In this document: positions 16,484 through 26,346 of the stretch, piece by piece
Position numbering within the stretch: the first letter of the stretch is position 1
Layout: the number at the start of each line of letters is the position of its first letter
Source: Vicinamibacterales bacterium
Lineage (GTDB): Bacteria; Acidobacteriota; Vicinamibacteria; Vicinamibacterales; 2-12-FULL-66-21
DNA: 64,000 nt
Assembly (NCBI GenBank): GCA_035492775.1
Contig: DATJIW010000078.1
Span: 46,318 to 110,317 of the forward strand
Direction of reading: 5' to 3'
Notes under the pieces: model-generated
Database searches by the model: none
What the model was told of the DNA's origin: nothing
Seen by the model: only the letters and a program-made list of their open reading frames with translations
Position numbers and translations under genes: made by a program

Positions 16484-17862
16484 TGGCCGCCTCCGTCGCG
16501 GTTCTTCGATTTCTCGGACGGACCTGGCAGCACGGTGAGTACCAGGCGATTCTCAGGCGTGAAGTACGTGCGCGCGACGCGTTGCACATCGGCGCTCGTG
16601 AGGTTCTGGAAGATATCGAACTCGCCGTCGGCCGTCTTGAGGTCGCCGTGAATGACAGCGGCATGTCCGAGTACCTCGGCCTTGTCCTTCACCGACTCCC
16701 GGCCGAGGATGTAGTCGCGTGCGAGCTGGTTCTTCGCCTGCTGCAATTCCTCAGCGGTAATCGGCTCGTCGCGAAGACGATCCAGCTCGCCGACGAGCGC
16801 TGTCGCCGCCTCGTCGGTCGTGTGTCCGGGCTGCACGATTGCAACGGCGAAGAACAGGTTCGGATCTTCGATGATGTTGCCGCCACCGAATGCCGCGAGC
16901 GCGATGCCGGTCTCGTAGACGAGTTTTCGGTAAATCCGCGAACTCTGTCCGTCCGACAGAATTTTGGACGCAACGTGCAGCGGATATGAATCCGGATGCC
17001 CGTCATACGTGATGTGGTACGCGACGACGACGGCTGGCAGCGGCCACTCCTCGTGCAGAGTGACGCGCTTCTCCTTCGTCTGCGGCGGCTCCTTCGGGAT
17101 GTCCCGCGGCACCGGCGCATTCGATTTCGGCACGCGTCCGAGATAGCGCTCCACGAGCCCCACCGCATCCTTCGTATCGAAGTCGCCGACCACGACAGCG
17201 GTTGCGTTCGTCGGAACGTAATACGTGTGGAAGAAATCGCGGACGTCATCGATCGACGCCGCCTCGAGGTCTTGCATGCTGCCGATGACGGGATGCTTGT
17301 ACGGATGAATTGTGAACGCCTGGTCGGCGATGATTTCCTGCAGGCGGCCGTAGGGCTGGTTCTCGATGCGCATTCGCCGCTCCTCCTTCACGACCTCGCG
17401 TTCGGTCGTGAAGATCGACGGTTCGATCCGCAGCGACGCCAGGCGGTCGGCCTCGAGCCAGAGCACGAGCGGAAGGTACTGCGACGGGACGGTCTCCCAG
17501 AACACCGTCGCGTCCTCGGTCGTATAGGCGTTGCTCTGTCCTCCGACGCTCGAGACGTAAGACGGATGCCCCTCCGGCTCCACGTTTTTGGAGCCCTTGA
17601 ACATCATGTGTTCGAAGAGGTGCGCGAATCCCGTGCGTCCGGGCCGCTCGTTCTTCGAGCCGACGTGGTACCACATCTCGAGGTGCACGATCGGCGTCGA
17701 ATGATCTTCCAGGAACACTACGCGCATCCCGTTCGACAGCGTGGTGGTGGTGTAGTCGAGCCGCGGCGGACGTACGGCGGCGTCTAGTACGGCGGCAAAC
17801 ACGAGCGAAACGACCATCGCGGCGAGGACCGCCGCGCGCCGGATCCCGGGGGACACGCGCAT
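16480..17862 (-). CDS. M16-family zinc peptidase (catalytic subunit type)
   Basis: Signal peptide; inverted zinc motif HLFEHMMFKGS (HxxEH); typical pitrilysin fold length (460 aa). Confidence 0.85.
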   Translation of the reverse strand: MRVSPGIRRAAVLAAMVVSLVFAAVLDAAVRPPRLDYTTTTLSNGMRVVFLEDHSTPIVHLEMWYHVGSKNERPGRTGFAHLFEHMMFKGSKNVEPEGHPSYVSSVGGQSNAYTTEDATVFWETVPSQYLPLVLWLEADRLASLRIEPSIFTTEREVVKEERRMRIENQPYGRLQEIIADQAFTIHPYKHPVIGSMQDLEAASIDDVRDFFHTYYVPTNATAVVVGDFDTKDAVGLVERYLGRVPKSNAPVPRDIPKEPPQTKEKRVTLHEEWPLPAVVVAYHITYDGHPDSYPLHVASKILSDGQSSRIYRKLVYETGIALAAFGGGNIIEDPNLFFAVAIVQPGHTTDEAATALVGELDRLRDEPITAEELQQAKNQLARDYILGRESVKDKAEVLGHAAVIHGDLKTADGEFDIFQNLTSADVQRVARTYFTPENRLVLTVLPGPSEKSKNRDGGGQ

Positions 17863-17878
17863 CAGAAACGATTATCGC

Positions 17879-19006
17879 TCAGCGGGAGAGCCGGGCCTCG
17901 AGGTCTGCGAGGCGCTGCTCCAGGTCTGCGATGGCTTTCTTCAACTGAGGGAGGCGACGGAAGATCGCCGACGATTTCAGCCAGTCGCGATTGGGGATGG
18001 CCGGATAGCCGGAGACAAAGGCTCCGGCATCGACAGAGTTCGGAATCCCCGTTTGCGCCGTCGCGACCATCCCCTTTCCGAGCGTGAGATGACCGGCAAC
18101 GCCAACCTGCCCGGCGAGGGTCACGTTGTCTTCGACCGTCGTGCTGCCGGCGATGCCCACCTGCGCCGCCAGCAGCACTCCGCTGCCGATGCGAACGCCA
18201 TGGGCAACCTGCACGAGGTTGTCGATCTTCGTCCCCGCACCAATGCGCGTTTCACCAACGGCCGGCCGATCGATCGCCGCGTTCGCGCCGATCTCCACGT
18301 CGTCCTCGATGACGACGCCTCCCACCTGCGGGATTTTGTAGTGGGCGCCGTGTTCGCCGCGCGCAAACCCGAATCCGTCGCTGCCGATGACGGCGCCGTC
18401 CTGAATCACCACCCGCTGACCGATCTGGACGCGCGCGCGGATCGAGACGCCAGCATGGATCACACAGTCGGCGCCGATCCGGGCGCCGGGACCAATCGTG
18501 ACGTGCGGATACACGATCGTGCGGGCGCCGATCTCCGCGCCGTCGCCGATGCTGACGAACGCGGCGACGGACGCGTCGGGCGCGATGACGGCGCCTGTCG
18601 CGACGTCGGCCAGCCGGTGCACACCCGCCGGATGCACGTCCGCGGGCGCGAACAGCGCGACGGCATGGGCGAAGGCCAGATATGGGTTGCGGGCGCGCAG
18701 CATGGCGCACGGAGCCGCCTCGTCCTTCTCACCGAGAATGACGGCGGAGGCGCGCGTCGCGCGCATCTGCGCGATGTACTTCGGATTGGCAAAGAAGGTC
18801 AGATCGCCCGCCGTGGCGTCCTCGAGCGTCGTCACGCGCCGGATATCAATCGCGCCGTCGCCGTCGAGACGGCAGCCGAGGCGCTCCGCGAGGTCTTCGA
18901 GCAGCAACGCCGGCAGTATAAACGGGTTCCCGGGATCCCGGGGCTTCAGCGGTTCACGATTCGATCGCGCTCTTCTCGAAAAACGCGGCAAAGTGTTCGA
19001 GACCAA
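17879..19006 (-). CDS. lpxD: UDP-3-O-acylglucosamine N-acyltransferase
   Basis: [18 protein letters not shown]-terminal domain, long hexapeptide-repeat (LbH) region, C-terminal coiled helix. The track start at 19006 overlaps the upstream gene by 52 nt; the true start is probably an internal CTG/TTG near 18920-18950 (uncertain). Confidence 0.8.
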   Translation of the reverse strand: MVSNTLPRFSRRARSNREPLKPRDPGNPFILPALLLEDLAERLGCRLDGDGAIDIRRVTTLEDATAGDLTFFANPKYIAQMRATRASAVILGEKDEAAPCAMLRARNPYLAFAHAVALFAPADVHPAGVHRLADVATGAVIAPDASVAAFVSIGDGAEIGARTIVYPHVTIGPGARIGADCVIHAGVSIRARVQIGQRVVIQDGAVIGSDGFGFARGEHGAHYKIPQVGGVVIEDDVEIGANAAIDRPAVGETRIGAGTKIDNLVQVAHGVRIGSGVLLAAQVGIAGSTTVEDNVTLAGQVGVAGHLTLGKGMVATAQTGIPNSVDAGAFVSGYPAIPNRDWLKSSAIFRRLPQLKKAIADLEQRLADLEARLSR

Positions 19007-19637
19007 GTTCGGAAGCTACGGCGCGGACGCGCTCGGAACGTTCGTCCGGCTGTGCACCGATCAACGCACGCAGCGCCGCCAGACCGGCGCTCTGCTGCGC
19101 CGTCCAGTCGCAGGCCACGAGTCCCTGACGTGCGCCACGCACGCAGAGGAAATGTCCGACGACTCTGAACAGGAAGTAATAGGCCACGAGATTGGGACCG
19201 GGCAGCAGCGCGAGCGCCGCAGACCCGATCAGACCGAGGCTGTCGATGGCGAGCCAGAAGCGGTGCCGCTCGAAATCACGATTGAGCTGGCGTCGGAGGA
19301 TCTCCAGCGCGTGGGGGTCAGTGAGATCGGCCGGATAGACCAGGGTGGCCGCCGTACGTCCTCGCAGCGTCCACAGGAGGCGCTGCTCCGCGATCGATTC
19401 GGCCACATACCGGAGGACACGTGCCTTGACGCGTGCCGCGAGGCTTCGCGGCTCGCCGGCGGACGGCGGCGCGTGCCGCTCGCGTTCAGCTTCGGCCATC
19501 GTCGCGCGGAAGCGATGCAGCGTACGCCGGACGATCCCGCTCGGAGCCGCGTCGGGTGAAGGCAGCTCCGCCGGCTGCTCGCAATACAGCTCGTAGCGGT
19601 CCGCGCCGACGGGCACCAGATACACCTGCATCTCCAA
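18954..19637 (-). CDS. Hypothetical membrane protein
   Basis: 227-aa ORF at the head of the lpxD operon; two predicted TM helices ([38 protein letters not shown]). Family not recognised with confidence. Confidence 0.55.
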   Translation of the reverse strand: MEMQVYLVPVGADRYELYCEQPAELPSPDAAPSGIVRRTLHRFRATMAEAERERHAPPSAGEPRSLAARVKARVLRYVAESIAEQRLLWTLRGRTAATLVYPADLTDPHALEILRRQLNRDFERHRFWLAIDSLGLIGSAALALLPGPNLVAYYFLFRVVGHFLCVRGARQGLVACDWTAQQSAGLAALRALIGAQPDERSERVRAVASELGLEHFAAFFEKSAIES

Positions 19638-19702
19638 GGATCCTCGGCCCTTTGCTATCGCATCTGCAAAGATCTTCGCCGTTCTTTGCTACCATCGCGC
19701 GC

Positions 19703-20263
19703 ATGCGCGCTGCCATCGCGCTTGCCGCCGCGCTGACGATGCAGCCCGCCGCCCCCGTGCGGCTGCACATCCGCGTGTTCAACGGCTCCGAGGAGGTGAC
19801 CGCGGACACACGAGTGACGCTCTACAAAGCCGGCGAGCACGATTCCCCCGTTTCGGCGTCGGCCGTGAAAGCCGCGCTCGACGCGGCGGTGCCGCCGGGC
19901 ATTTACGACGCCCAGGCGATTCTCGAGAAAGATTCCCGCGTCGTGAACATCCGCTGGGCCGAACGGCTCGTCGTGATGCCCTATCCGGACGAGGCGGGAC
20001 ATCACCTTGAAGTCATCAACTTCCAGACGGAATTCGGGGCGCTCGAAGTAAAGGGCGCCGGAGGCGGCGGACCGCAGGCAACGTTGTATGCTGCGGGCGC
20101 CAGGGATCGGGAGGCGGCCATCCCGGTGCGCGGTGATGGATATGTGTTGTTCGTCGCGCCCGCGGGCGCGTACGATGTGCGCGTCGACGACAACGGACGT
20201 GTCTCGTGGCACACCGGAATCGACGTGCCACGAGATCGGACTCGGTTCTGGATTGCGCCGTGA
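19703..20263 (+). CDS. Secreted hypothetical protein (186 aa)
   Basis: The real start is likely ATG 19703 (MRAAIALAAALTMQPAAP, signal-like); upstream track residues are Arg/Pro-rich junk. Beta-sandwich-like repeats (VTLYKAGEH..., GIYDAQAILE, GAYDVRVDDNG). Confidence 0.55.
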   Translation: MRAAIALAAALTMQPAAPVRLHIRVFNGSEEVTADTRVTLYKAGEHDSPVSASAVKAALDAAVPPGIYDAQAILEKDSRVVNIRWAERLVVMPYPDEAGHHLEVINFQTEFGALEVKGAGGGGPQATLYAAGARDREAAIPVRGDGYVLFVAPAGAYDVRVDDNGRVSWHTGIDVPRDRTRFWIAP

Positions 20264-20268
20264 CGCGT

Positions 20269-20412
20269 CTACACCCGGCTTCCCGTGAGGAGTCGCAGCA
20301 CGATGATGACCAGCGCCACGACGAGAAGGATGTGGATCAACCCTCCCGCGACGTGCATGGCAAATCCGAGGACCCACAGAATCAGCAACAACACCACGAT
20401 CGTCCAGAGCAT
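20269..20412 (-). CDS. Small two-TM membrane protein (47 aa), lmo0937-like
   Basis: Not in the ORF track (below its size cut-off). CAGGAGG SD 5 nt upstream of ATG 20412. MLWTIVVLLLILWVLGFAMHVAGGLIHILLVVALVIIVLRLLTGSRV* resembles the small lmo0937/DUF5670-type proteins. Confidence 0.6.
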   Translation of the reverse strand: MLWTIVVLLLILWVLGFAMHVAGGLIHILLVVALVIIVLRLLTGSRV

Positions 20413-20491
20413 GCAGCCTCCTGACAGCCTCTCGTTCGCTGTCTGCTATCGTGCAAGTGGAGTGCCACGCGAGGCGAGAACCGACTGAACC

Positions 20492-20941
20492 ATGTCTGCT
20501 CCTGTCTCCGACCTCGAAGTGATCCAGCGCCTGCTGCTCGCAGCGGTGGCCGGAGGCGTCATCGGTGCCGAACGCGAATTCCGCCGCAAGAGCGCCGGCT
20601 TTCGCACGAACATCCTCATCGCGATGGGTTCGGCGCTCTTCACGATGCTGTCGGAAACGTTCGGAGGTGCGGCGGGCGGAGACACGCGGATCGCCGCGCA
20701 GATCGTCACGGGGATCGGTTTTCTTGGCGCCGGCGCCATCATCCGGACGAATCGCGACGTTCATGGCCTGACGACTGCCGCCACCGTGTGGGTCAACGCC
20801 GCGCTCGGGATGGCGGCGGGAGGCGGCGAGTACCACATGACCTTGATCGCCGCCGCGATCACGCTGGTCGTGCTGCTGATCCTCGCACCCCTCGAGCGAG
20901 GATTCGAGCGCTGGGCGGGTCGCGAGGAGCCGCCCGGTTAG
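20492..20941 (+). CDS. mgtC: MgtC/SapB family membrane protein
   Basis: LLLAAVAGGVIGAEREFRRKSAGFRTNILIAMGSALFTML...AAQIVTGIGFLGAGAI is a typical MgtC N-terminal domain. Confidence 0.85.
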   Translation: MSAPVSDLEVIQRLLLAAVAGGVIGAEREFRRKSAGFRTNILIAMGSALFTMLSETFGGAAGGDTRIAAQIVTGIGFLGAGAIIRTNRDVHGLTTAATVWVNAALGMAAGGGEYHMTLIAAAITLVVLLILAPLERGFERWAGREEPPG

Positions 20942-20954
20942 CCGGTCATGCGGC

Positions 20955-21854
20955 TTATCGATCTCCGTCGGCTCGTCTGACCTTGCGCGGCAGGCGCGGC
21001 GGTGCATCCGGAGAGACCGTCGGTTTCCCGGCTTCCGCCCAGGCCGACGCGATCGCGGCCGCGGTGCCAGCCGTGGCTTCCCCCACACGCTTCTCGAGGA
21101 TGGGCTGGGTCTTCGTGAAGAACGCGGCGAAGTAGGTGTCGTCGTATTCATCGCGCCCCGCGATCGCTGCGCGGTCTGCCGCCAGAATCGGGGACGTGAG
21201 CTGATAGCTGTCCGCAAGCGTCGCGAACACGAACTCGCGTAGGTTGCCGATGACGGGCAGCGGCGGCGCGATCACCTGCAGACGGCCGCTGTACCGCTCG
21301 AACAACTCCGTCTCGAACCGTGAATGGATTCCATTCTGCCCCGTCAGCTGGCCGTCGTAGTTGACGTTCGCGTGCAGCGGTTGATAACTGTCCTGGATGT
21401 AGTGCGCGAGCAGCGACGAGAACAGTTTCACGTCATCGCGGGCGTACGGCGCGCTGTCGATGTGGCGGAAGCTGTCGACGAGCCGCCGGTAGATCTCGTC
21501 CGTCCTCCAGGGGAGCGTGCCGTTCTTCAGCACGAAGTCTTCGCCCCGCTTCGCGACCGCTTCGGCGTAGTCGTGTGGGATCGCGGTGAACGGAAACGAT
21601 CCCCAGGCGTCCATGTCCATGAAGTGGCGGGGCGGCTCGGCGGTCCACCCCACCGTACGGTAGGTGTCCGGATCGATCGCGTGTTCGACGATGGACACGC
21701 GGAACTTGTCGAAGAATGGACGAAGGCCTGCGGGCAGCCGGTCGACCGCCCGGTCGGTGATGAACTTGTGCGCGGTGAAACCCCACGCGTGGGTCACCGG
21801 CGCGGGCAGCGCGAGCGCCAGCGTCGCGATCGCGGCCGCCACCAGCCTTCGCAT
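20955..21854 (-). CDS. Zinc-dependent phospholipase C / P1-nuclease superfamily protein
   Basis: Signal peptide, then HAWGFTAHKFITDRAVDRL (W/H zinc-ligand N-terminus), HFMDMD and HYIQDSYQPLH histidine/aspartate clusters. Confidence 0.65.
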   Translation of the reverse strand: MRRLVAAAIATLALALPAPVTHAWGFTAHKFITDRAVDRLPAGLRPFFDKFRVSIVEHAIDPDTYRTVGWTAEPPRHFMDMDAWGSFPFTAIPHDYAEAVAKRGEDFVLKNGTLPWRTDEIYRRLVDSFRHIDSAPYARDDVKLFSSLLAHYIQDSYQPLHANVNYDGQLTGQNGIHSRFETELFERYSGRLQVIAPPLPVIGNLREFVFATLADSYQLTSPILAADRAAIAGRDEYDDTYFAAFFTKTQPILEKRVGEATAGTAAAIASAWAEAGKPTVSPDAPPRLPRKVRRADGDR

Positions 21855-21882
21855 CGGAGCACTCTACTTCATAATCGAAGCG

Positions 21883-22791
21883 ATGCCCCGGCTCGGCGCG
21901 CACATGTCGATACGCGGCGGCCTTCCGCGCGCCGTCGATCGGGCGCATGCCAGCGGATGCGCCGCCCTTCAGATCTTCACGAAGTCCGCAGGACAGTGGC
22001 GCGCGCGGCCGCTCCCCGACGACGAGGTCCGCGCATTCCGCCGGCGCGTGCGCGAGACCGGCATCCGCCCCGTCGTGGCGCACAACAGTTATCTGATCAA
22101 CGTGGCCGCCGCAGACCGCATCCTGCGGCGCCGCTCGATTGCCGCACTCGTCGAGGAACTCGACCGCGCTGAAGCGCTCGGGCTCGACGGACTCGTCATG
22201 CACCCGGGCTCCTACACCAGCGGGTCAGAATCCGGAGGGCTGCGGCTGATTGCGGATGCGATCGCCGCCGTGTTCGACACCCGCCCCTACGGGCGAACGC
22301 GCCTGCTCCTCGAACACACCGCGGGCCAGGGCACGAACCTGGGCCACCGGTTCGAACACCTCGCAGGGATTATCGACGCGCTCGGCGGAAGCCCCCGTGT
22401 CGGCGTCTGTCTGGACACCTGTCATCTGCTCACCGCGGGCTATGACATCTGTTCTGAGGATGGATATCGCGAGACGTTCCGGCAGTTCGGCCGCATCGTT
22501 GGCTTCTCGCGGCTGAAGGCGCTCCATCTGAACGACTCGAAGAAGCCGTGCGCGAGCCGCGTCGATCGGCACGAGCACATTGGAAAGGGATGCATCGGGC
22601 TGGAGCCGTTCAGGTGGCTGCTGAACGACCCGCGCTTCGCGCGGCTGCCGATGCTGCTCGAAACCCCCAAGCTCGAGACCCGCGAATCGCTGCGCCAGTC
22701 GGACGTCGATCCGCTGGATGCCATGAACCTGTCGACGCTCCGCGCGCTGATCGATCACTCGTCCCCGAAGACCTCGGCCTCGAAGCGATAG
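21883..22791 (+). CDS. nfo: Deoxyribonuclease IV (endonuclease IV)
   Basis: Start at ATG 21883 (MPRLGAHMSIRGGL...); VAHNSYLINVA, LVMHPGS, LLLEHTAGQGT, VCLDTCHL, HLNDSK motifs. The 3' end overlaps the convergent AMMECR1 gene by 37 nt. Confidence 0.85.
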   Translation: MPRLGAHMSIRGGLPRAVDRAHASGCAALQIFTKSAGQWRARPLPDDEVRAFRRRVRETGIRPVVAHNSYLINVAAADRILRRRSIAALVEELDRAEALGLDGLVMHPGSYTSGSESGGLRLIADAIAAVFDTRPYGRTRLLLEHTAGQGTNLGHRFEHLAGIIDALGGSPRVGVCLDTCHLLTAGYDICSEDGYRETFRQFGRIVGFSRLKALHLNDSKKPCASRVDRHEHIGKGCIGLEPFRWLLNDPRFARLPMLLETPKLETRESLRQSDVDPLDAMNLSTLRALIDHSSPKTSASKR

Positions 22792-23297
22792 ACGTCGACG
22801 CCGCGGCGCCAGGCGTCCGACGCCATCCCTGCCTTGCGGCACGTGTGCGCGAGGAACTCTTCCCGATCCCATCCCCATTCGGGAGCGACTTGCGGCAAGA
22901 GCAGCCCGCGGCGCAAAGCGTCGGCCACGACGAGTCCGTGGCGGCCGATGACGATCGCGTTGGGGTCCGCCGGGTCGATGCGCTCGAGCGGCCCGAGTAC
23001 CGACACCTCGAACTCTAGAAACGGCAGTTCGGCTTCGGTCACGGGCGGGAACCGCGGATCTTCGCGCGCCGCGTTGACAGCAACGCGCGCAATCTCCACC
23101 GCCAGCGCGGCGCGGCATTCGAGCGTTCCAATGCAGCCGCGGAGATCGCCCTCCTTCTTCAACGTGACGAACACGCCGCTGGCGGGCGGCGGATTGTCGA
23201 GCGCGACCGCCCGCAACGCGTGACCGGCCACCGCCGCGGCCACGGCCTCCCGCGCGATCTCGAGAATCGCCGCGCGCTGAGTTGCGTCAGTGGACAT
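22755..23297 (-). CDS. AmmeMemoRadiSam system protein A (AMMECR1 domain)
   Basis: Start at ATG 23297 (MSTDATQRAAILEIAREAV...); GVFVTLKKEGDLRGCIGTLE, PRFPPVT, GLLLPQV motifs. Confidence 0.8.
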   Translation of the reverse strand: MSTDATQRAAILEIAREAVAAAVAGHALRAVALDNPPPASGVFVTLKKEGDLRGCIGTLECRAALAVEIARVAVNAAREDPRFPPVTEAELPFLEFEVSVLGPLERIDPADPNAIVIGRHGLVVADALRRGLLLPQVAPEWGWDREEFLAHTCRKAGMASDAWRRGVDVYRFEAEVFGDE

Positions 23298-24135
23298 CCG
23301 TGAAGATCCCGAACGCCGCAGCGAGATAGCCGACGACGCCGCTGTTGTCGCCGGAGATTTCTCCCGAGTGCGCATACCGCAGCACGCGGGCGCTCGAGGC
23401 GCCGCGCGCGCTCGCGGCGCGCATCACCGCTATCGCCGGACCCCCGCCGCACGCGACGTACCGGCCCCTGTCGTGTTCCGGATATTGCTCGAACAGTGCA
23501 AGCAGCTGGTCGGCATCGAAGGCGCCGACGGCTGCTTGCACGCGCGAGTCGAGCGCGGCGGCCGTCGCGGCGTCGAAATAGTGTGACAAATCGGTGCTGG
23601 CGACGAGAAGGAGCCGCTTCTCCCGTGCGGCCGCGGCGAGCCCGCTGGCAAGCGAGAGGATCGTCTCGCGCACCTGATACCCCATGAGCAGCGGCACGAT
23701 TGGCAGATCGGGCAACAGACGCTTGATGAACGGCAGCTGCATTTCGAGCGAGTGTTCGCGACGGTGCGCCGCATGGTAGGGATGAATGACGTCGCACGCC
23801 GCGCGAATGGAGTCCGCGAGATCGGCATCGATGGCGACGGGGCCGAATGGTGTTTCGAACGCGCCGTCGGGATACAGCGCCACGCCCTCGAACGCGACGA
23901 AGTGCGACGGGCCGACGAGAACCGCCGCATCGTAAGGGGCAGACGCCGCAGCCGCCTTGTACGAAAACGCGCCAACAGGTCCGGAGAACATCAGGCCGGC
24001 ATGCGGCGCGATGACGGCCGTGACGTCGCCGCGCGGTACATCGCGCACCCCCGCGAGGCAGCCGTCGACCTCGCGCGCCAGCGCGCCCGGCGATCCTGGA
24101 TACCACGTGCCCGCGACCGCGGCCGCTCTGTTCAT
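23287..24135 (-). CDS. AmmeMemoRadiSam system protein B (MEMO1 family)
   Basis: AVAGTWYPGSPGAL, IAPHAGLMFSGPVGA, VLVGPSHF, STDLSHY, CGGGP motifs. Overlaps protein A by 11 nt. Confidence 0.8.
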   Translation of the reverse strand: MNRAAAVAGTWYPGSPGALAREVDGCLAGVRDVPRGDVTAVIAPHAGLMFSGPVGAFSYKAAAASAPYDAAVLVGPSHFVAFEGVALYPDGAFETPFGPVAIDADLADSIRAACDVIHPYHAAHRREHSLEMQLPFIKRLLPDLPIVPLLMGYQVRETILSLASGLAAAAREKRLLLVASTDLSHYFDAATAAALDSRVQAAVGAFDADQLLALFEQYPEHDRGRYVACGGGPAIAVMRAASARGASSARVLRYAHSGEISGDNSGVVGYLAAAFGIFTDVH

Positions 24136-24152
24136 CTGCTACGATCCCCGCG

Positions 24153-24470
24153 ATGCCAACGCTCTCTGGATCCGACGTGCGACGCATCGCAGCGCTCGCG
24201 CGCCTCGAACTGACCGACGCCGAAGTCGAGCGGCTCACCGGTGAACTGGCCGCGATTCTCGACTACGCGGCACAGGTGCAGCGCGTTGACGTCCCCGCCG
24301 ACCTCCGCATCGAAGAATCGACGCCGTTCGAGGGCGCGCCCGGAGCACCCGGGCGCCTTCGCGACGACGAGCCGATGCCCTCGCTCCCCCGTGCGGCCGT
24401 GCTGGACGACGCGCCGGGCGCCAACACCGCGGCGGGTTTCTTCACCGTACCACGGGTGCTCGGCTCGTGA
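24153..24470 (+). CDS. gatC: Asp-tRNA(Asn)/Glu-tRNA(Gln) amidotransferase subunit C
   Basis: DVRRIAALARLELTDAEVERLTGELAAILDYAAQV; GTGA overlap into gatA. Confidence 0.85.
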   Translation: MPTLSGSDVRRIAALARLELTDAEVERLTGELAAILDYAAQVQRVDVPADLRIEESTPFEGAPGAPGRLRDDEPMPSLPRAAVLDDAPGANTAAGFFTVPRVLGS

Positions 24471-25936
24471 CGACCGACCCCCCGACGTCCGCGACGCCGC
24501 CCTTGACCGCCTGCGAAATTCGCGCCGCGATCGCGAGCGGCCGGAGCTCTGCGACCCAAGTCTGCCGCGAGACGCTGGACGCCATCGCTCGAGTGGATCC
24601 CGCCCTGCACGCATTCCTTCACGTGGATCGCGAGGGGGCGCTCGCACGAGCCGCGGAACTGGACCGGAATCCGCCATCCGATGCGCCGCTGCTCGGCGTC
24701 CCCGTGGCCCTGAAGGACAACATCTGCACGAAAGCACTGCCCACGAGCGCTGGATCGCGCCTGCTCGAACAGTATCGGCCCCCGTACGACGCGACAGTCG
24801 TGTCGCGTCTTCATGCAGCCGGCGCGATTGTCATCGGCAAGACGAACATGGACGAGTTCGCGATGGGCTCGTCGACTGAACATTCCGCGTTCGGGCCGAC
24901 GTTCAACCCGTGGGCACGGGATCGAGTGCCCGGCGGCTCCAGCGGTGGTTCGGCGGCGGCTGTGTCGGCCGGACTGGTACCGCTCGCGCTCGGTTCGGAT
25001 ACCGGCGGCTCGGTGCGGCAGCCAGCGGCGCTCTGCGGCGTCGTTGGCATCAAACCCACGTATGGACGCGTGTCGCGCTACGGCCTCATCGCGTTCGCGT
25101 CATCGCTCGATCAGATTTCGCCGTTCGCACGCACGTCCGAAGATGCCGCGCTGGTGCTTCGCGTGATCAGCGGTCAGGACGCCTGCGACGCGACCACATC
25201 GTCCGCGCCACCCATCGATGCGGGCGCCGGCGATTTTTCGACGCTCGACGGCATCCGGGTCGGCGTACCGCGTCATCTGCTCGACGGCATCGAAGACGAC
25301 GTGCGCGTTCGATTCGACGCCGCGCTGGCGGAACTCGCGGGCGCCGGTGCACGCCTGGTCGACGTCGAACTCCGGCATGCGCCGCTCGCGGTACCGGTCT
25401 ATTACCTGGTCGGGAATGCCGAGGCGAGCTCGAATCTCGCTCGCTACGACGGCGTCCGCTACGGATTTCGCGCGAACGCCGACCGGGTGGCCGACATGTA
25501 TTACGACACGCGCGCCGCGTTCGGCGCGGAAGTGAAGCGCCGGATCATGATTGGCACGTACGTCTTGAGCGCCGGCTACTGGGATGCGTTCTACTTGAAA
25601 GCACAGGCGCTGCGGGCACTCATTCGCCGCGACTACGCGGCGGCGTTCTCCGCCGTCGATGTCATCGCGACGCCGACGAGCCCCACGACCGCATTTCGCA
25701 TCGGCGAGCGGTTGGACGACCCGCTGCGGATGTACTTGTCGGATGTTTTCACGGTACCCGCGAATCTGGCAGGGCTTCCCGCAATCTCGTTTCCGTGCGG
25801 CGAAGGGACCTCGGGCTTGCCTGTTGGAGTTCAGCTCACTGGACGGGCGTTCGAAGACGCACTGCTGCTCCGCGTCGCGCGGACGATCGAAACGCGCAGC
25901 GACTGGTTCACGCACCGGCCGCCAGTACGCGCGTAA
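24467..25936 (+). CDS. gatA: Asp-tRNA(Asn)/Glu-tRNA(Gln) amidotransferase subunit A
   Basis: Amidase signature GGSSGGSAAAVSAG...GSDTGGSVRQPA; 489 aa. Confidence 0.9.
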   Translation: MTTDPPTSATPPLTACEIRAAIASGRSSATQVCRETLDAIARVDPALHAFLHVDREGALARAAELDRNPPSDAPLLGVPVALKDNICTKALPTSAGSRLLEQYRPPYDATVVSRLHAAGAIVIGKTNMDEFAMGSSTEHSAFGPTFNPWARDRVPGGSSGGSAAAVSAGLVPLALGSDTGGSVRQPAALCGVVGIKPTYGRVSRYGLIAFASSLDQISPFARTSEDAALVLRVISGQDACDATTSSAPPIDAGAGDFSTLDGIRVGVPRHLLDGIEDDVRVRFDAALAELAGAGARLVDVELRHAPLAVPVYYLVGNAEASSNLARYDGVRYGFRANADRVADMYYDTRAAFGAEVKRRIMIGTYVLSAGYWDAFYLKAQALRALIRRDYAAAFSAVDVIATPTSPTTAFRIGERLDDPLRMYLSDVFTVPANLAGLPAISFPCGEGTSGLPVGVQLTGRAFEDALLLRVARTIETRSDWFTHRPPVRA

Positions 25937-25982
25937 GACTCTCCGCCTTCGGAATGTCAGATGTGGATCGAACGCGATCCGC

Positions 25983-26282
25983 TCACGCCACCGCCACCCG
26001 CGACGGCCGCGCCAGCGCCCACACAAGGAGCCCCAGCAGCACGAACGGCAGGAGGGGCAGCGCGAAGACCGCGCCGAGAACGAAAAGAACGAACAGTCCG
26101 ACAACGGCGAGAATCGGCCCGACGACCATGAGCACGAGTCCGCCGACGAGCCATTTCAGGAGAAGCAGCGGAAGGAGGATGAGGCGCAGCGCCAGCTTCA
26201 GCGCCACCCCTACTACCAGGAGCACCGTGAAGAGCACGGCGCCGAGAAACAGCAGAAAACCCATGAGCATCAAAGCAGCCAT
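25983..26282 (-). CDS. Small polytopic membrane protein (99 aa), hypothetical
   Basis: Start moved to ATG 26282 (MAALMLMGFLLFLGAVLFTVLLVV...), with GAGGGGAGG upstream; three hydrophobic helices. The track N-terminus overlaps rpoZ in another frame. Confidence 0.5.
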   Translation of the reverse strand: MAALMLMGFLLFLGAVLFTVLLVVGVALKLALRLILLPLLLLKWLVGGLVLMVVGPILAVVGLFVLFVLGAVFALPLLPFVLLGLLVWALARPSRVAVA

Positions 26283-26346
26283 TGCAGCGTGGGCCTCCCC
26301 TCTCTGGAAGTTACGCCGGTCGCCCCGGTGAAGTTCCGATCCGGTC

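Noticed and set aside
12561-16651. 625-aa (12561-14438) and 561-aa (14966-16651) plus-strand ORFs
   Set aside because: They are antisense to lpxB, the secreted 184-aa gene and the M16 genes. They have no motifs, whereas the minus-strand genes show overlapping-stop operon logic.
19655-21217. 520-aa minus-strand ORF spanning 1.5 kb
   Set aside because: It runs antisense or out of frame across three better-supported genes (secreted protein 19703-20263, mgtC, and the PLC-like gene's other frame). The translation is Arg/Pro/Gly-rich junk with no motifs, a typical high-GC shadow ORF.
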